This document shows positions 9,686-18,779 of a DNA stretch of 64,000 nucleotides, piece after piece (within the stretch, counting starts at the first letter, position 1; each line of letters starts with the position of its first letter). Both the position numbers and the translations under genes were made by a program. The notes beneath the pieces are model-generated. The model was not told the origin of the DNA, did not search any database, and saw only the letters and a list, made by a program, of their open reading frames with translations. This DNA is from Pirellulales bacterium (GTDB taxonomy: Bacteria > Planctomycetota > Planctomycetia > Pirellulales > JAICIG01), in contig JBBDYJ010000026.1 in NCBI GenBank assembly GCA_040901675.1, positions 32,001-96,000 of the forward strand, given 5' to 3'.

Positions 9686-10726
9686 ATGCTAACGCTCAAC
9701 GGCTATGCAGTTCTGGATGCCTTCTTCAGCCTGTTGAGGTTGTCAGCCGGGCTGGCGATGGTCGGTCTGGGGTTCGTGGCCCTGCGGCAGTACCGCGTGG
9801 CGGCCACAGCGGAACAGCGGCAAGCGGTCGACGCGCGATTTTACCTCCTCTTCCTGCTGGCCCTGGTGCTGCTGGTCCTGAGCCTGGCAAGTTGGCCATT
9901 GCTGTACCTGCTGTTGGACAGCCTCGTCGCCCGAACTCCCAGCGCCATGTGCATTTACGGCGTTACCCGCCTTGGCGAAGGCAGCGAAGGGCCGGCCCGC
10001 TTCTTGCCGGGACTGATTGCCTTGCTCCAAGCCACCAAGCCGGCGCTGGTGTTCCTGGCTGGCGCCTGGCTGGTCCTGCACAAGCTCAACCAGCGCACGC
10101 CATCGGGTAATTTGGCGCCGCGGGTGGTGGGTTTGATGCTGGTGCTGGCCTTGACCGCGGTCGTCGACGCCTCCGCCGAAATCGCCTACGTCGTCACGCC
10201 AAAACAGGAACAGATGGCGTCGACGGGCTGCTGCACCGCGGCTCTCAACGACTCCCCCTCGCGATTCATACCGCTCGGCTCGATTGGAGCCGACTATCGC
10301 CAGCCCCTCTCAACCGCTTATTACCTGGTCCACTTGGGGCTGGCCGCAGCGCTCGCGCCGGTGGCCCTGGTCAAGCGACGGCAACCCCTGCGGTTGCTCG
10401 GCCCGCTGCTAGTGTTGGCGGTCATCTCCGCCGTGGTCGCCTGGTTGTTCTTCGTGGAAATCGCCGCTCCCAAGCTGTTGCAATTGCCGTACCATCGTTG
10501 CCCGTACGACTTGTTCGCGCAGGTGCCCGAAACCATCGTGGCAGCCGGACTGTTCGCCGCGGCCACGTTTGCCGTCGGCTGGGCGGCCCTGGCCGGTTGG
10601 CTGGCCAATACGGTCGAAGCCCGGCCGTTTCTCGGGCAGGAGGTGCGTAATCTGCTCTGGCTGGCGCTGCTGGGGTATCTGGGTTCGGTCAGCATGATGT
10701 CCCTTGAACTGGCCCTGGTTTCATGA
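9686..10726 (+). CDS. Polytopic membrane protein with Cys/His motifs (unknown function)
   Basis: About 8 hydrophobic segments; loops carry SAMCIYG, TGCC and YHRCPYD. Confidence 0.75.
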   Translation: MLTLNGYAVLDAFFSLLRLSAGLAMVGLGFVALRQYRVAATAEQRQAVDARFYLLFLLALVLLVLSLASWPLLYLLLDSLVARTPSAMCIYGVTRLGEGSEGPARFLPGLIALLQATKPALVFLAGAWLVLHKLNQRTPSGNLAPRVVGLMLVLALTAVVDASAEIAYVVTPKQEQMASTGCCTAALNDSPSRFIPLGSIGADYRQPLSTAYYLVHLGLAAALAPVALVKRRQPLRLLGPLLVLAVISAVVAWLFFVEIAAPKLLQLPYHRCPYDLFAQVPETIVAAGLFAAATFAVGWAALAGWLANTVEARPFLGQEVRNLLWLALLGYLGSVSMMSLELALVS

Positions 10727-11202
10727 AGCGATCGTGGCGAATGACATCGGCGGTGGTCCTGCTGGCAACGGTCATGGGGTTGCCCGTGTTGGGCCAATGG
10801 GTCCGGCAAGGCGGCCGCGAGCGCTGCGCGCTGGACGGCGCGCGGATCGAGCCGATTTACGCCGTTAGCATCCGTGACGGGCAGGGCCGAACTGACCAGT
10901 TCTGTTGCATCCGCTGCGCCCAGTACTGGCTCGACCGGCAAGTTCTACCCGCCGCGCGGATTGAGGTTACGGATGAGGTGACCGGGCGCCGCATCGATGC
11001 GGCACTCGCGCATTTTGTGCGTAGCCGCGTGGTGACGACTCCCGCCACCGGCAATCGGATCCACGCCTTCGCCACAGCCGCGGATGCCCAGCGCCATCGC
11101 ACGGAGCACCGCGGTCGATTGTTGACGGGCTCGCAACGGCCGTTCCAGCTCACGCGTCGGGGCCGGTCGCTTTCCTATTCGTCGCCGTTGCTACCCGAAT
11201 GA
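10723..11202 (+). CDS. NosL-like metal-binding accessory protein
   Basis: N-terminal anchor; CALDG...FCCIRC...VTDEVTGRRIDAALAHFV...IHAFATAADA resembles the NosL pattern. Confidence 0.65.
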   Translation: MKRSWRMTSAVVLLATVMGLPVLGQWVRQGGRERCALDGARIEPIYAVSIRDGQGRTDQFCCIRCAQYWLDRQVLPAARIEVTDEVTGRRIDAALAHFVRSRVVTTPATGNRIHAFATAADAQRHRTEHRGRLLTGSQRPFQLTRRGRSLSYSSPLLPE

Positions 11203-11226
11203 TCGAGACCCGAGGGAGGTGACTCG

Positions 11227-13110
11227 TTGGCCAGTCCTACCTCTCGCCTCGCTCTGGTTGCTTTGCTGTCAACTTCATTGCTCGGCGGCATCGTTTTTGT
11301 CTTGAATTCGAATCTTCGGGGCGGCCGGCCGGCTCCCACGCCACGTGCCGAACTGGCGGCGGGGAACAGAGTGGCCGCGGGGGACAGGCGGCCGGGCTTC
11401 CGCGACTTGGCTCACGAAAGCGGGCTCGATTTCAAGATGGAGTTCTTGCCCACTGAACAGGGAGAGAACTTCAAGACCAATCTGTACGACCACGGCTGCG
11501 GCGTGGTCGTGGGCGACTGCAACGGCGATGGGCACGACGACCTCTTGTTTCTCAACCAGCTTGGCTCGAATGCCCTGTACCGCAACCGGGGCGACGGCAC
11601 CTTCGAGGACGTGACCGAAGAGGCGGGCGTCGCGCTGGCCGATCGCATCTGCGTGGGCGGCACGTTCGCCGATTACGATAACGACGGCGACCAGGACCTC
11701 TACATCACCACCACCCGAGGCGGCAACGTCCTGTTCCAGAACCAAGGCGACGGACGCTTTCAGGACGTCACCGAACAGGCCGGCCTGACGCTGGTGGCGC
11801 ATTCGCAGACCGCCGCCTTTTTCGACGCCGACAACGACGGCTATCTGGACCTGCTGGTCACCAACTCGGCCCATTGGACCACCGAATCGTTCGATGAAGA
11901 ATCGCGTTACTACGTGGGGCTGGCTGATCTGCCCGAGCTCTTCACGGCGCCCAGGGAATACAACGCCTTTTACCGCAACCAGGGAGACGGCACGTTTGCC
12001 GACGAGACCGAGGCGTCCGGGTTGCGGGGCCTGGGCTGGGGCGGCGACGTGGCGGTTTTTGATTACGACGAAGATGGCGACCTGGACGTTTTCGTCACCA
12101 ACATGTTCGGCCGCAGCCAGCTCTACGCCAATGACGGCGCCGGCCGCTTTCACGACGTGATGGCCGACACGCTCCGGCGGACCAGCTTCGGAGCCATCGG
12201 CTGCAAGGCCTTCGACTTCAACAACGACGGCCGGTTCGATTTGTACTGTGTCGACATGCACTCGGATATGTGGATGTCGAAGGACGACCGCCACACCGTT
12301 CGCCCCCGTGAAAAGTACTCTTACCTTACCGGCAGAGGGAGCGAGTTTGACCCCCTCGCGATGGAGCTCGAATCCCACTTCGTGAGGCAGTTAGATGTCG
12401 ATTACGAAAACGTGCTGTTTGGCAACACGCTGCACAAGAACCAGGGTGGGGGCCGGTTTGAGGAACTCTCCGACCGCGCGAATGCCGAAACGTTTTGGCC
12501 TTGGGGCGTAGCGATCGGCGACTTTGACAACGACGGCTACCAGGATATCTTCATACCTTCCGGGATGGGCTACCCGTTCTGGTATCACCCCAGTTCGCTG
12601 CTGATGAACAACGGGGACGAGACCTTCACGGAGAGGGCGGCCGCGGAAGGCGTCGAGCCGCCTCGTCGCGGCAAGTTTCTGCCCAAGAGCATCGGCGGCG
12701 CGCAGGCTGCCCGCAGCTCGCGGGCAGCGGCCACCGGCGACTTCGACGGCGATGGCCGGCTGGACCTGGTGGTTAACAACTTCAACGACCATCCTTACTA
12801 CTTCAGCAACCAGTTCCCGAAGCGCAACTACCTGGCCTTCCGCCTGGTCGGAAAGCACAGCAACCGCGACGCCATCGGCGCCACGGTCAGGTTCCAACGG
12901 GGCGATCAGATCCTGGTCCGGCAGGTCCAGAGTGCCGGAGGCTACTTGTCTCAATCGTCCAAGACGCTGCACTTGGGCCTGGGCGACCAGCAGCAAGTCG
13001 ACCAGGTCGAGATTCGCTGGCCCTCCGGAGTGCGGCAGACCATTCGTGCCCCCAAGATCAACCGTCTGCACGAAGTGCGGGAACCGGCGACCGATGAGGT
13101 GATCCCGTGA
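11227..13110 (+). CDS. CRTAC1-family FG-GAP repeat protein with C-terminal ASPIC/UnbV domain
   Basis: Multiple D.D.DG..D repeats; SNRDAIGATV...GYLSQ...LHLGLG...IRWPSG. Confidence 0.9.
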   Translation: MASPTSRLALVALLSTSLLGGIVFVLNSNLRGGRPAPTPRAELAAGNRVAAGDRRPGFRDLAHESGLDFKMEFLPTEQGENFKTNLYDHGCGVVVGDCNGDGHDDLLFLNQLGSNALYRNRGDGTFEDVTEEAGVALADRICVGGTFADYDNDGDQDLYITTTRGGNVLFQNQGDGRFQDVTEQAGLTLVAHSQTAAFFDADNDGYLDLLVTNSAHWTTESFDEESRYYVGLADLPELFTAPREYNAFYRNQGDGTFADETEASGLRGLGWGGDVAVFDYDEDGDLDVFVTNMFGRSQLYANDGAGRFHDVMADTLRRTSFGAIGCKAFDFNNDGRFDLYCVDMHSDMWMSKDDRHTVRPREKYSYLTGRGSEFDPLAMELESHFVRQLDVDYENVLFGNTLHKNQGGGRFEELSDRANAETFWPWGVAIGDFDNDGYQDIFIPSGMGYPFWYHPSSLLMNNGDETFTERAAAEGVEPPRRGKFLPKSIGGAQAARSSRAAATGDFDGDGRLDLVVNNFNDHPYYFSNQFPKRNYLAFRLVGKHSNRDAIGATVRFQRGDQILVRQVQSAGGYLSQSSKTLHLGLGDQQQVDQVEIRWPSGVRQTIRAPKINRLHEVREPATDEVIP

Positions 13111-14939
13111 CCAAGTCCGCCTCCCGCCTGGCCCTGATTGCCGTGCTGTTGCTGGGGTCGCTCGGCGCCTTGATCGGGATGCCTGGTTCCGCCGGCCGGC
13201 CGGCCGGCGAGCTCAGCCGCGGTCGCTCCGAGGAGGGGCGAGACCAGCGCCCGCCCGGCTTTCGCGATCTGGCCCGCGAGAGCGGCATCGATTTCAAGAT
13301 GGCCTTCTTGCCCACCGAGCAAGGGGAGAACTTCAAGACCAATTTATACGACCACGGCTGCGGCGTGGTCGTGGGCGACTACAACGGCGATGGGCACGAC
13401 GACCTCTTGTTTCTCAACCAGCTCGGTCCCAATGCCCTTTACCGCAACCGGGGCGACGGCACCTTCGAGGACATGACCGAAGAGACGGGCGTCGGGCTGG
13501 CCGATCGCATCTGCGTGGGCGGTACGTTCGCCGATTACGATAATGACGGCGACCAGGACCTCTACATCACCACCACCCGAGCTGGCAACGTGCTGTTCCA
13601 GAACCAAGGCGACGGCCGCTTCAAGGACGTCACCGAACAGGCCGGCCTGACCCTGGTGGCGCATTCGCAGACCGCCGCCTTTTTCGACGCCGACAACGAC
13701 GGCCATCTGGACCTGTTCGTCACCAACTCGGCGATCTGGACCAGTGCGTTCAACGAAGACTACGGCTACTACGCCGGCGCATCCAGCCTGATAGACCTGT
13801 TCGGCGTCCCCAAGGAGTTCAATGTCTTTTATCGCAACCGGGGCGATGGCACGTTCGTCGACGATACGGAGGCGGTGGGACTGCGCGGCCGGGGATGGAG
13901 CGGCGACGTGGCGGTCTTCGATTACGACGACGATGGCGACCTCGACCTCTACGTCACCAACATGTTCGGGCAGAGTCAGCTCTATGCCAACGAGGGCGGA
14001 CGATTCACGGACGTTACCGCCTCGACGCTCAAGCGTACCAGCTTCGGAGCCATCGGCTGCAAGGCCTTCGACTTCAACAACGATGGCCGGTTCGATCTTT
14101 ACACCGTCGACATGCACTCCGATATGTGGGTGAAGTTCCCGAATCAGCAAGACAGCATCCGTCCCCGGGAGAAGTACCCCTATTTCACAGGCCAGCTCTA
14201 CGACCCGGTAGTCGAGGCCGACGTCGCGGCAATGCTCGATATCCGTTACGAGGGGGTAATTTTTGGCAACACGATGCTGAAGAACCTGGGCGGTGGTCGA
14301 TTCGAGGAGGTATCCACCCCGGCCAACATGGAAAACTGGTGGCCTTGGGGAGTGGCCACCGGCGACTTCGACAACGACGGGCAGGTAGACGTGTTCCTCC
14401 CCGCAGGAATGGGCTATCCGTACTGGTACCACCCCAACTCGTTGCTCATGAACAATGGCGACGAAACCTTCGGAGAGCGCGCCTCCCTGGAAGGTATTGA
14501 ACCGCCGCGCCGGGGGATCTCGCTGCCCGAGCGCATCGGCGGGGAGCCGGCCGCCCGCAGCTCGCGGGCAGCGGCCACCGGAGACTTCGACGGCGATGGC
14601 CGGCTGGAACTGGCCGTCAACAATTTCAACGACCATCCTTACTACTTCAGGAACCAGTTCCCGAAGCGCAACTGGCTAGCCTTCCGCCTCAGGGGAACAC
14701 GCAGCAACCGCGACGCCATCGGGGCCACGGTCAGGTTCCAACGGGGCGATCAGATCCTGGTCCGGCAGGTCCAAGCCGCCGGCGGCTACCTGTCGCAATC
14801 GTCCAAGACGCTGCACTTCGGCCTGGGCGACCAGCAGCAAGTCGAGCAGGTCGAGATTCGCTGGCCGTCTGGCCTGCGGCAGACGATTCGATCGCCCCAG
14901 ATCAATCGCCTGCATCAAGTCACCGAGCCGGAAAGCTGA
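13107..14939 (+). CDS. CRTAC1-family FG-GAP/ASPIC-UnbV protein (tandem paralogue)
   Basis: Same motifs; long DNA stretches nearly identical to 11227-13110; GTGA overlap with it. Confidence 0.9.
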   Translation: MTKSASRLALIAVLLLGSLGALIGMPGSAGRPAGELSRGRSEEGRDQRPPGFRDLARESGIDFKMAFLPTEQGENFKTNLYDHGCGVVVGDYNGDGHDDLLFLNQLGPNALYRNRGDGTFEDMTEETGVGLADRICVGGTFADYDNDGDQDLYITTTRAGNVLFQNQGDGRFKDVTEQAGLTLVAHSQTAAFFDADNDGHLDLFVTNSAIWTSAFNEDYGYYAGASSLIDLFGVPKEFNVFYRNRGDGTFVDDTEAVGLRGRGWSGDVAVFDYDDDGDLDLYVTNMFGQSQLYANEGGRFTDVTASTLKRTSFGAIGCKAFDFNNDGRFDLYTVDMHSDMWVKFPNQQDSIRPREKYPYFTGQLYDPVVEADVAAMLDIRYEGVIFGNTMLKNLGGGRFEEVSTPANMENWWPWGVATGDFDNDGQVDVFLPAGMGYPYWYHPNSLLMNNGDETFGERASLEGIEPPRRGISLPERIGGEPAARSSRAAATGDFDGDGRLELAVNNFNDHPYYFRNQFPKRNWLAFRLRGTRSNRDAIGATVRFQRGDQILVRQVQAAGGYLSQSSKTLHFGLGDQQQVEQVEIRWPSGLRQTIRSPQINRLHQVTEPES

Positions 14940-14987
14940 ATCGTGGCCTGGCCCCGCTCGCTCGTCCGCCGAACAATAAACACGGTT

Positions 14988-15470
14988 ATGCTCCTTCGAA
15001 CACCCACCTTCATCGTGGCCGCCATCGCCGGGCTTGTCGCGGCCTCGTCGGCCGTGCTGACTGCCGAAGGGCTGGGCTCCGACCACTCCACAACGCTCTC
15101 TCGGGATTTTCAGACGCTCTTGGGCGGCTTGGGACTTGGGCCGCGCGTGAACCTGGCGGGATGCGCGACCTGCTTCGACCCCCGGGCCGAGGAGCGCTGC
15201 TGGGGCTCGGGCCCTCTGCTAACCGGCCTCACTTACTGTCCAGAGCACACCCTCAGCGTCTTTGCCCATCAGCAGCTCCCCGGCCCGTTAGGATCAAAAC
15301 AGCCGCGGGCACGGAATCACGATTCCGGCGAGATGCACGGAAGCACCACTCGCGGAGCGAGTGGACCACCTTACCGCACGAAAGAACCACTCGCGGAGCG
15401 AGTGGACCACCTGACGCGGTCACGGAATCGCGATTCCGCCGCGATGGACGACGGCCCCCCCCCGGAATAA
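14988..15470 (+). CDS. Small membrane-anchored Cys-rich protein; C-terminus reads through a REP cluster
   Basis: Hydrophobic N-terminus; GGLGLGP...CATCFDPR...C...YCPEH. Confidence 0.55.
   Translation: MLLRTPTFIVAAIAGLVAASSAVLTAEGLGSDHSTTLSRDFQTLLGGLGLGPRVNLAGCATCFDPRAEERCWGSGPLLTGLTYCPEHTLSVFAHQQLPGPLGSKQPRARNHDSGEMHGSTTRGASGPPYRTKEPLAERVDHLTRSRNRDSAAMDDGPPPE
15310..15437. repeat. REP-like cluster arranged A-B-B-A
   Basis: A = cacggaatcRcgattcc (15310-15326, 15421-15437); B = accactcgcggagcgagtggaccacct (15345-15371, 15386-15412). Each unit is a hairpin. Confidence 0.85.
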
Positions 15471-15486
15471 CCATCTCCCACCTGAC

Positions 15487-16674
15487 ATGCGGGCTATCGT
15501 CGAGATATCGCGGACCGGGGTGGTTGCCATGCTGCTGCACCCGCTGCGCAGCGTGGCCACCGTGGCATGCGTGGTGGCCGGACTGCTCCCCTACCTGGTT
15601 GGCCTGGGATTGTCGCATGGGGTCCAGCAACAAGCGCGCGACTCGATCCGCTGGGGCGCCGACCTCTACGTGAGCGGCCGCCGCTTCGGCCGGACCGCGC
15701 CCTTGCCTTTGCAGACTGCCGAGCAGATCCAAAAGATTCCCGGGGTGCTCAAGATCCGCCCCCGGATCGTGGGAGCTATCACCTTGGGAAAGGAGCGCAG
15801 AAGCGCCGTGGTCGTCGGGCTGCCGGCCTCGGCCCTGCCCAAATCGACGCGTTGCGTGGCGGGGCGACTGTTCCGCGAGGAGAACGAACTCGTGATCGGC
15901 ACCACGTTGGCCCGGGAGTTGAAGTTGAAGCCCGGCTCGCGCCTTCCGCCCTTCTATCAGAATGTCGAAGGCGAACGAGTGACCCGCGTCGTCGGAGTCT
16001 TTGAATCCGACGCTCCGCTCTGGCAGGCTGACCTGATCTTCACTTCGCTGGAAACCGCCGCCACGATCTTTGACCAGCGAGGATCCGCCACGGAACTCTT
16101 GGTCGACTGCGGGCCCGGCTACCAGCAGCACGTGGCCAGGGCCATCGGCCGGCTGACCATTCAACGCACCGGCGACACCTCCAATCCGCTGCAACTGCGG
16201 GTGGTTACACGCCAACAATTGAGGAGCATGCTGCCGCGCGGACTCTTGCACCGGGAAGGAATCTTCAACCTGCACTTCCTCCTGGTTTTCTCGGTGGGCA
16301 TCCTGGCCACCATGGCTACCTCCGGATTCGGTTCGGCCGAGCGGCGCCGGGAGATCGGCGTCCTGAAGGCCACCGGCTGGCGGACCGACGAAGTGTTGCT
16401 CCGCGGCACCGTGGAAGCTTTCCTGCTGAGCATCCTGGGCGCTTCACTCTCGGTTCTGGCGGCCTTCATCTGGCTGGAGTGGTTCAACGGCTACTGGCTG
16501 GCCTCCCTGTTTCTGCCCGGCATCGGCGCCACCAGCAGCGCCGACGTTCCCTTCCGTCTGCTGCCCCTGCCCGTGCTCTTGGGCTTCTTGATCGCACTGG
16601 CGATCGTGATGAGCGGTACCTTGTATTCTTCCTGGCGCGCCGCCACCGTGCCGCCCATCGAAGCATTGCGATGA
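15487..16674 (+). CDS. MacB/FtsX-type ABC transporter permease
   Basis: N-terminal TM, periplasmic domain, ERRREIGVLKATGW motif, three C-terminal TMs. Confidence 0.9.
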   Translation: MRAIVEISRTGVVAMLLHPLRSVATVACVVAGLLPYLVGLGLSHGVQQQARDSIRWGADLYVSGRRFGRTAPLPLQTAEQIQKIPGVLKIRPRIVGAITLGKERRSAVVVGLPASALPKSTRCVAGRLFREENELVIGTTLARELKLKPGSRLPPFYQNVEGERVTRVVGVFESDAPLWQADLIFTSLETAATIFDQRGSATELLVDCGPGYQQHVARAIGRLTIQRTGDTSNPLQLRVVTRQQLRSMLPRGLLHREGIFNLHFLLVFSVGILATMATSGFGSAERRREIGVLKATGWRTDEVLLRGTVEAFLLSILGASLSVLAAFIWLEWFNGYWLASLFLPGIGATSSADVPFRLLPLPVLLGFLIALAIVMSGTLYSSWRAATVPPIEALR

Positions 16675-17426
16675 GCCGATCCAAGCACCTGCCGCTTTCG
16701 ACGCCGCAGGGCGCGCATCGGTCGGACTGGCTGGTCGAGACCCGCCGGCTGGGCAAGTTCTTTCATCCCGGCTCGACCCGCGAGGTCCGCGCCCTGGAAG
16801 ATGTCTCGATCGGAGTGGCGCGCGGCTCGTTCACGGCGCTGGTCGGCCCCTCCGGCTCAGGAAAGACGACGCTGCTCGGGCTGCTGGGGGCAATGGAAAA
16901 GCCGACCGAGGGAAACGTCCTCTTTGAAGGTCGCGATCTGACCAACTGCTCGGAGGCCGAACTGGCCCGTGTGCGCCGTCGCATCGGGTTCATCTTCCAG
17001 AATTTCTCGCTGATCGCCCGGCTCCCGCTGTGGGAGAACATCACCTGGCCCCTGGTGCCGCGCGGCATCTCGACGGCCCAGCGGCGCGCGATTTCCGAGC
17101 AGCTTCTGAACCGCTTCGATCTGGCCGACAAAGCGCATCGGCGCCCGGAGGAGCTCAGCGGCGGCGAGCAGCAGCGCGCCGCGGTCGCGCGGGCCCTCTG
17201 CGGCGAGCCCGTGCTCATCCTGGCCGACGAGCCCACCTCCAACCTCGACCAGGACGGGGCCGAGCGGCTTCAGTTGCTCCTCAGTCAGATCCGTCTCGAA
17301 GGAACGACGGTGGTCGTCTCCACGCATGATCAGCGGCTGGTGGCCATGGCCGACACCGTCCATCGACTTGACCATGGACGGCTTCTGGCGCCGGGCAGCG
17401 AGGCCGCCGGCAGCACCGGCGGCTGA
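16671..17426 (+). CDS. ABC transporter ATP-binding protein (LolD/MacB type)
   Basis: [31 protein letters not shown]. Confidence 0.95.
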   Translation: MSRSKHLPLSTPQGAHRSDWLVETRRLGKFFHPGSTREVRALEDVSIGVARGSFTALVGPSGSGKTTLLGLLGAMEKPTEGNVLFEGRDLTNCSEAELARVRRRIGFIFQNFSLIARLPLWENITWPLVPRGISTAQRRAISEQLLNRFDLADKAHRRPEELSGGEQQRAAVARALCGEPVLILADEPTSNLDQDGAERLQLLLSQIRLEGTTVVVSTHDQRLVAMADTVHRLDHGRLLAPGSEAAGSTGG

Positions 17427-17619
17427 TCCGAGGCAGTCACGCCGCCCGCTGTCCGTCGCGATGTTGGCCGTGTCGTCTCGAGATTTGCCCCGGTCGAGTA
17501 GCCGCGCCCGTTTGCTTTTTTCGCTGGCCTGCGACTGGCCCACGGGTGCCGGAAGGTTACGATGTTCTCGGTGCAGCCGCACAGCCCCCGCAGACGCCAC
17601 AAATTCCTTGGGGTCACGC

Positions 17620-18528
17620 ATGCGAGCCTTGATCACCGGTGCCACGGGCTTCGTGGGCCGCGCCCTGTTGACGCATATCGAGCAGCCGGTCGTCCTCAGC
17701 CGCGATGCTCGTCAGGCTCGAGCTGTGCTGGGCGATGTCGAAATCCATGCCTGGGACCCCGGCAGCGGGCCGCCTCCTGCTGAGTCGTTTCAGGGCGTCG
17801 AGGCAGTCTTTCATCTGGCCGGCGAGTCGGTCGGCCAAGGCCGCTGGACCGCAAACAAAAAGCGCCGCATCCACGAGAGCCGCTCGCTGGGCACGACCAA
17901 CCTGGTCCGAGGCATCGCTTCGCTGGCCCAGCGCCCCCCCGTATTGGTTTCGGCGTCCGCCATCGGTTACTACGGTCCTCGCGGCGACGAGATTCTCGAC
18001 GAAACCGCCCTGCCCGGCGGCGATTTCCTCTCTCAAGTTTGTATCGACTGGGAAAACGCGGCATCCGTCGCCCGTGCCTCTGGTGTCCGCGTGGTGAACC
18101 CCCGCATCGGCATCGTGCTGGGTCGTGGCGGCGGCGCCCTGGCCAAAATGCTGACGCCCTTCAAGTTTGGCCTTGGAGGCCGCCTGGCTAGCGGCCGGCA
18201 GTGGATGTCGTGGGTTCACCTGGACGACCTGGTTGGACTCATGCTGCACGCCGTGCGGCATCCGATCGAGGGGCCGCTGAACGCGGTGGCACCCCACTCG
18301 GTTACCAACCGGGAGTTCACCCAAACGCTGGCAATGGTTCTGTCGCGGCCGGCATTGCTCCCTGTGCCGGCCCTCGCCTTGCGGGTGTTGCTGGGCGAAT
18401 TCGCCGAGGCGCTGCTGGCGTCGCAACGCGTTGTGCCTCGAGTGGCCGAACAAACCGGCTTTCACTTTTTTTTCCCCGAGCTGGGCGCGGCCCTCGAAGA
18501 CGCCGTCCAGAGCCTGGGGCACAGTTGA
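17620..18528 (+). CDS. TIGR01777 (YfcH-like) NAD-dependent epimerase/oxidoreductase
   Basis: ITGATGFVG, SASAIGYYG, VCIDWE, GRQWMSWVHLDD. Confidence 0.9.
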   Translation: MRALITGATGFVGRALLTHIEQPVVLSRDARQARAVLGDVEIHAWDPGSGPPPAESFQGVEAVFHLAGESVGQGRWTANKKRRIHESRSLGTTNLVRGIASLAQRPPVLVSASAIGYYGPRGDEILDETALPGGDFLSQVCIDWENAASVARASGVRVVNPRIGIVLGRGGGALAKMLTPFKFGLGGRLASGRQWMSWVHLDDLVGLMLHAVRHPIEGPLNAVAPHSVTNREFTQTLAMVLSRPALLPVPALALRVLLGEFAEALLASQRVVPRVAEQTGFHFFFPELGAALEDAVQSLGHS

Positions 18529-18699
18529 TCGAAGGGCAAAGCAAGGGAAGTCTTGTCCCTGCGACCGTTCAGCGATGCGCGCCCCGCTTTTTCTCGGAAC
18601 CCAGACGTACGGGGGGGCCGCGTCGACCCCACACAACCCCACAACACACCCCCCATTAGTGGTGGTAGGATAAAGTTTATTATAATAATATTTTTTTAT

Positions 18700-18729
18700 T
18701 TGACTTCGGTCTATCGACATGGCTAAACT
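18700..18729 (+). promoter_or_regulatory. sigma70-type promoter of DUF1559 copy 1, with AT-rich upstream element
   Basis: TTGACT-N18-TAAACT preceded by an AT-only tract; both hexamers and the spacing are conserved before copy 2. Confidence 0.6.
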
Positions 18730-18779
18730 GCCCCTGCGAATACAAAGTCCTAATTCTTTTTTATTCGAGGGGACCAGCC

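Noticed and set aside
15345..15412. 27-bp repeats as a mini CRISPR array
   Set aside because: Only two copies with a 14-bp gap, a REP-like hairpin, and no cas genes.
18627..18655. CCCCAC repeats at 10-bp spacing resembling MraZ boxes
   Set aside because: Only two in-phase copies in a low-complexity C/A tract, and no dcw genes nearby.
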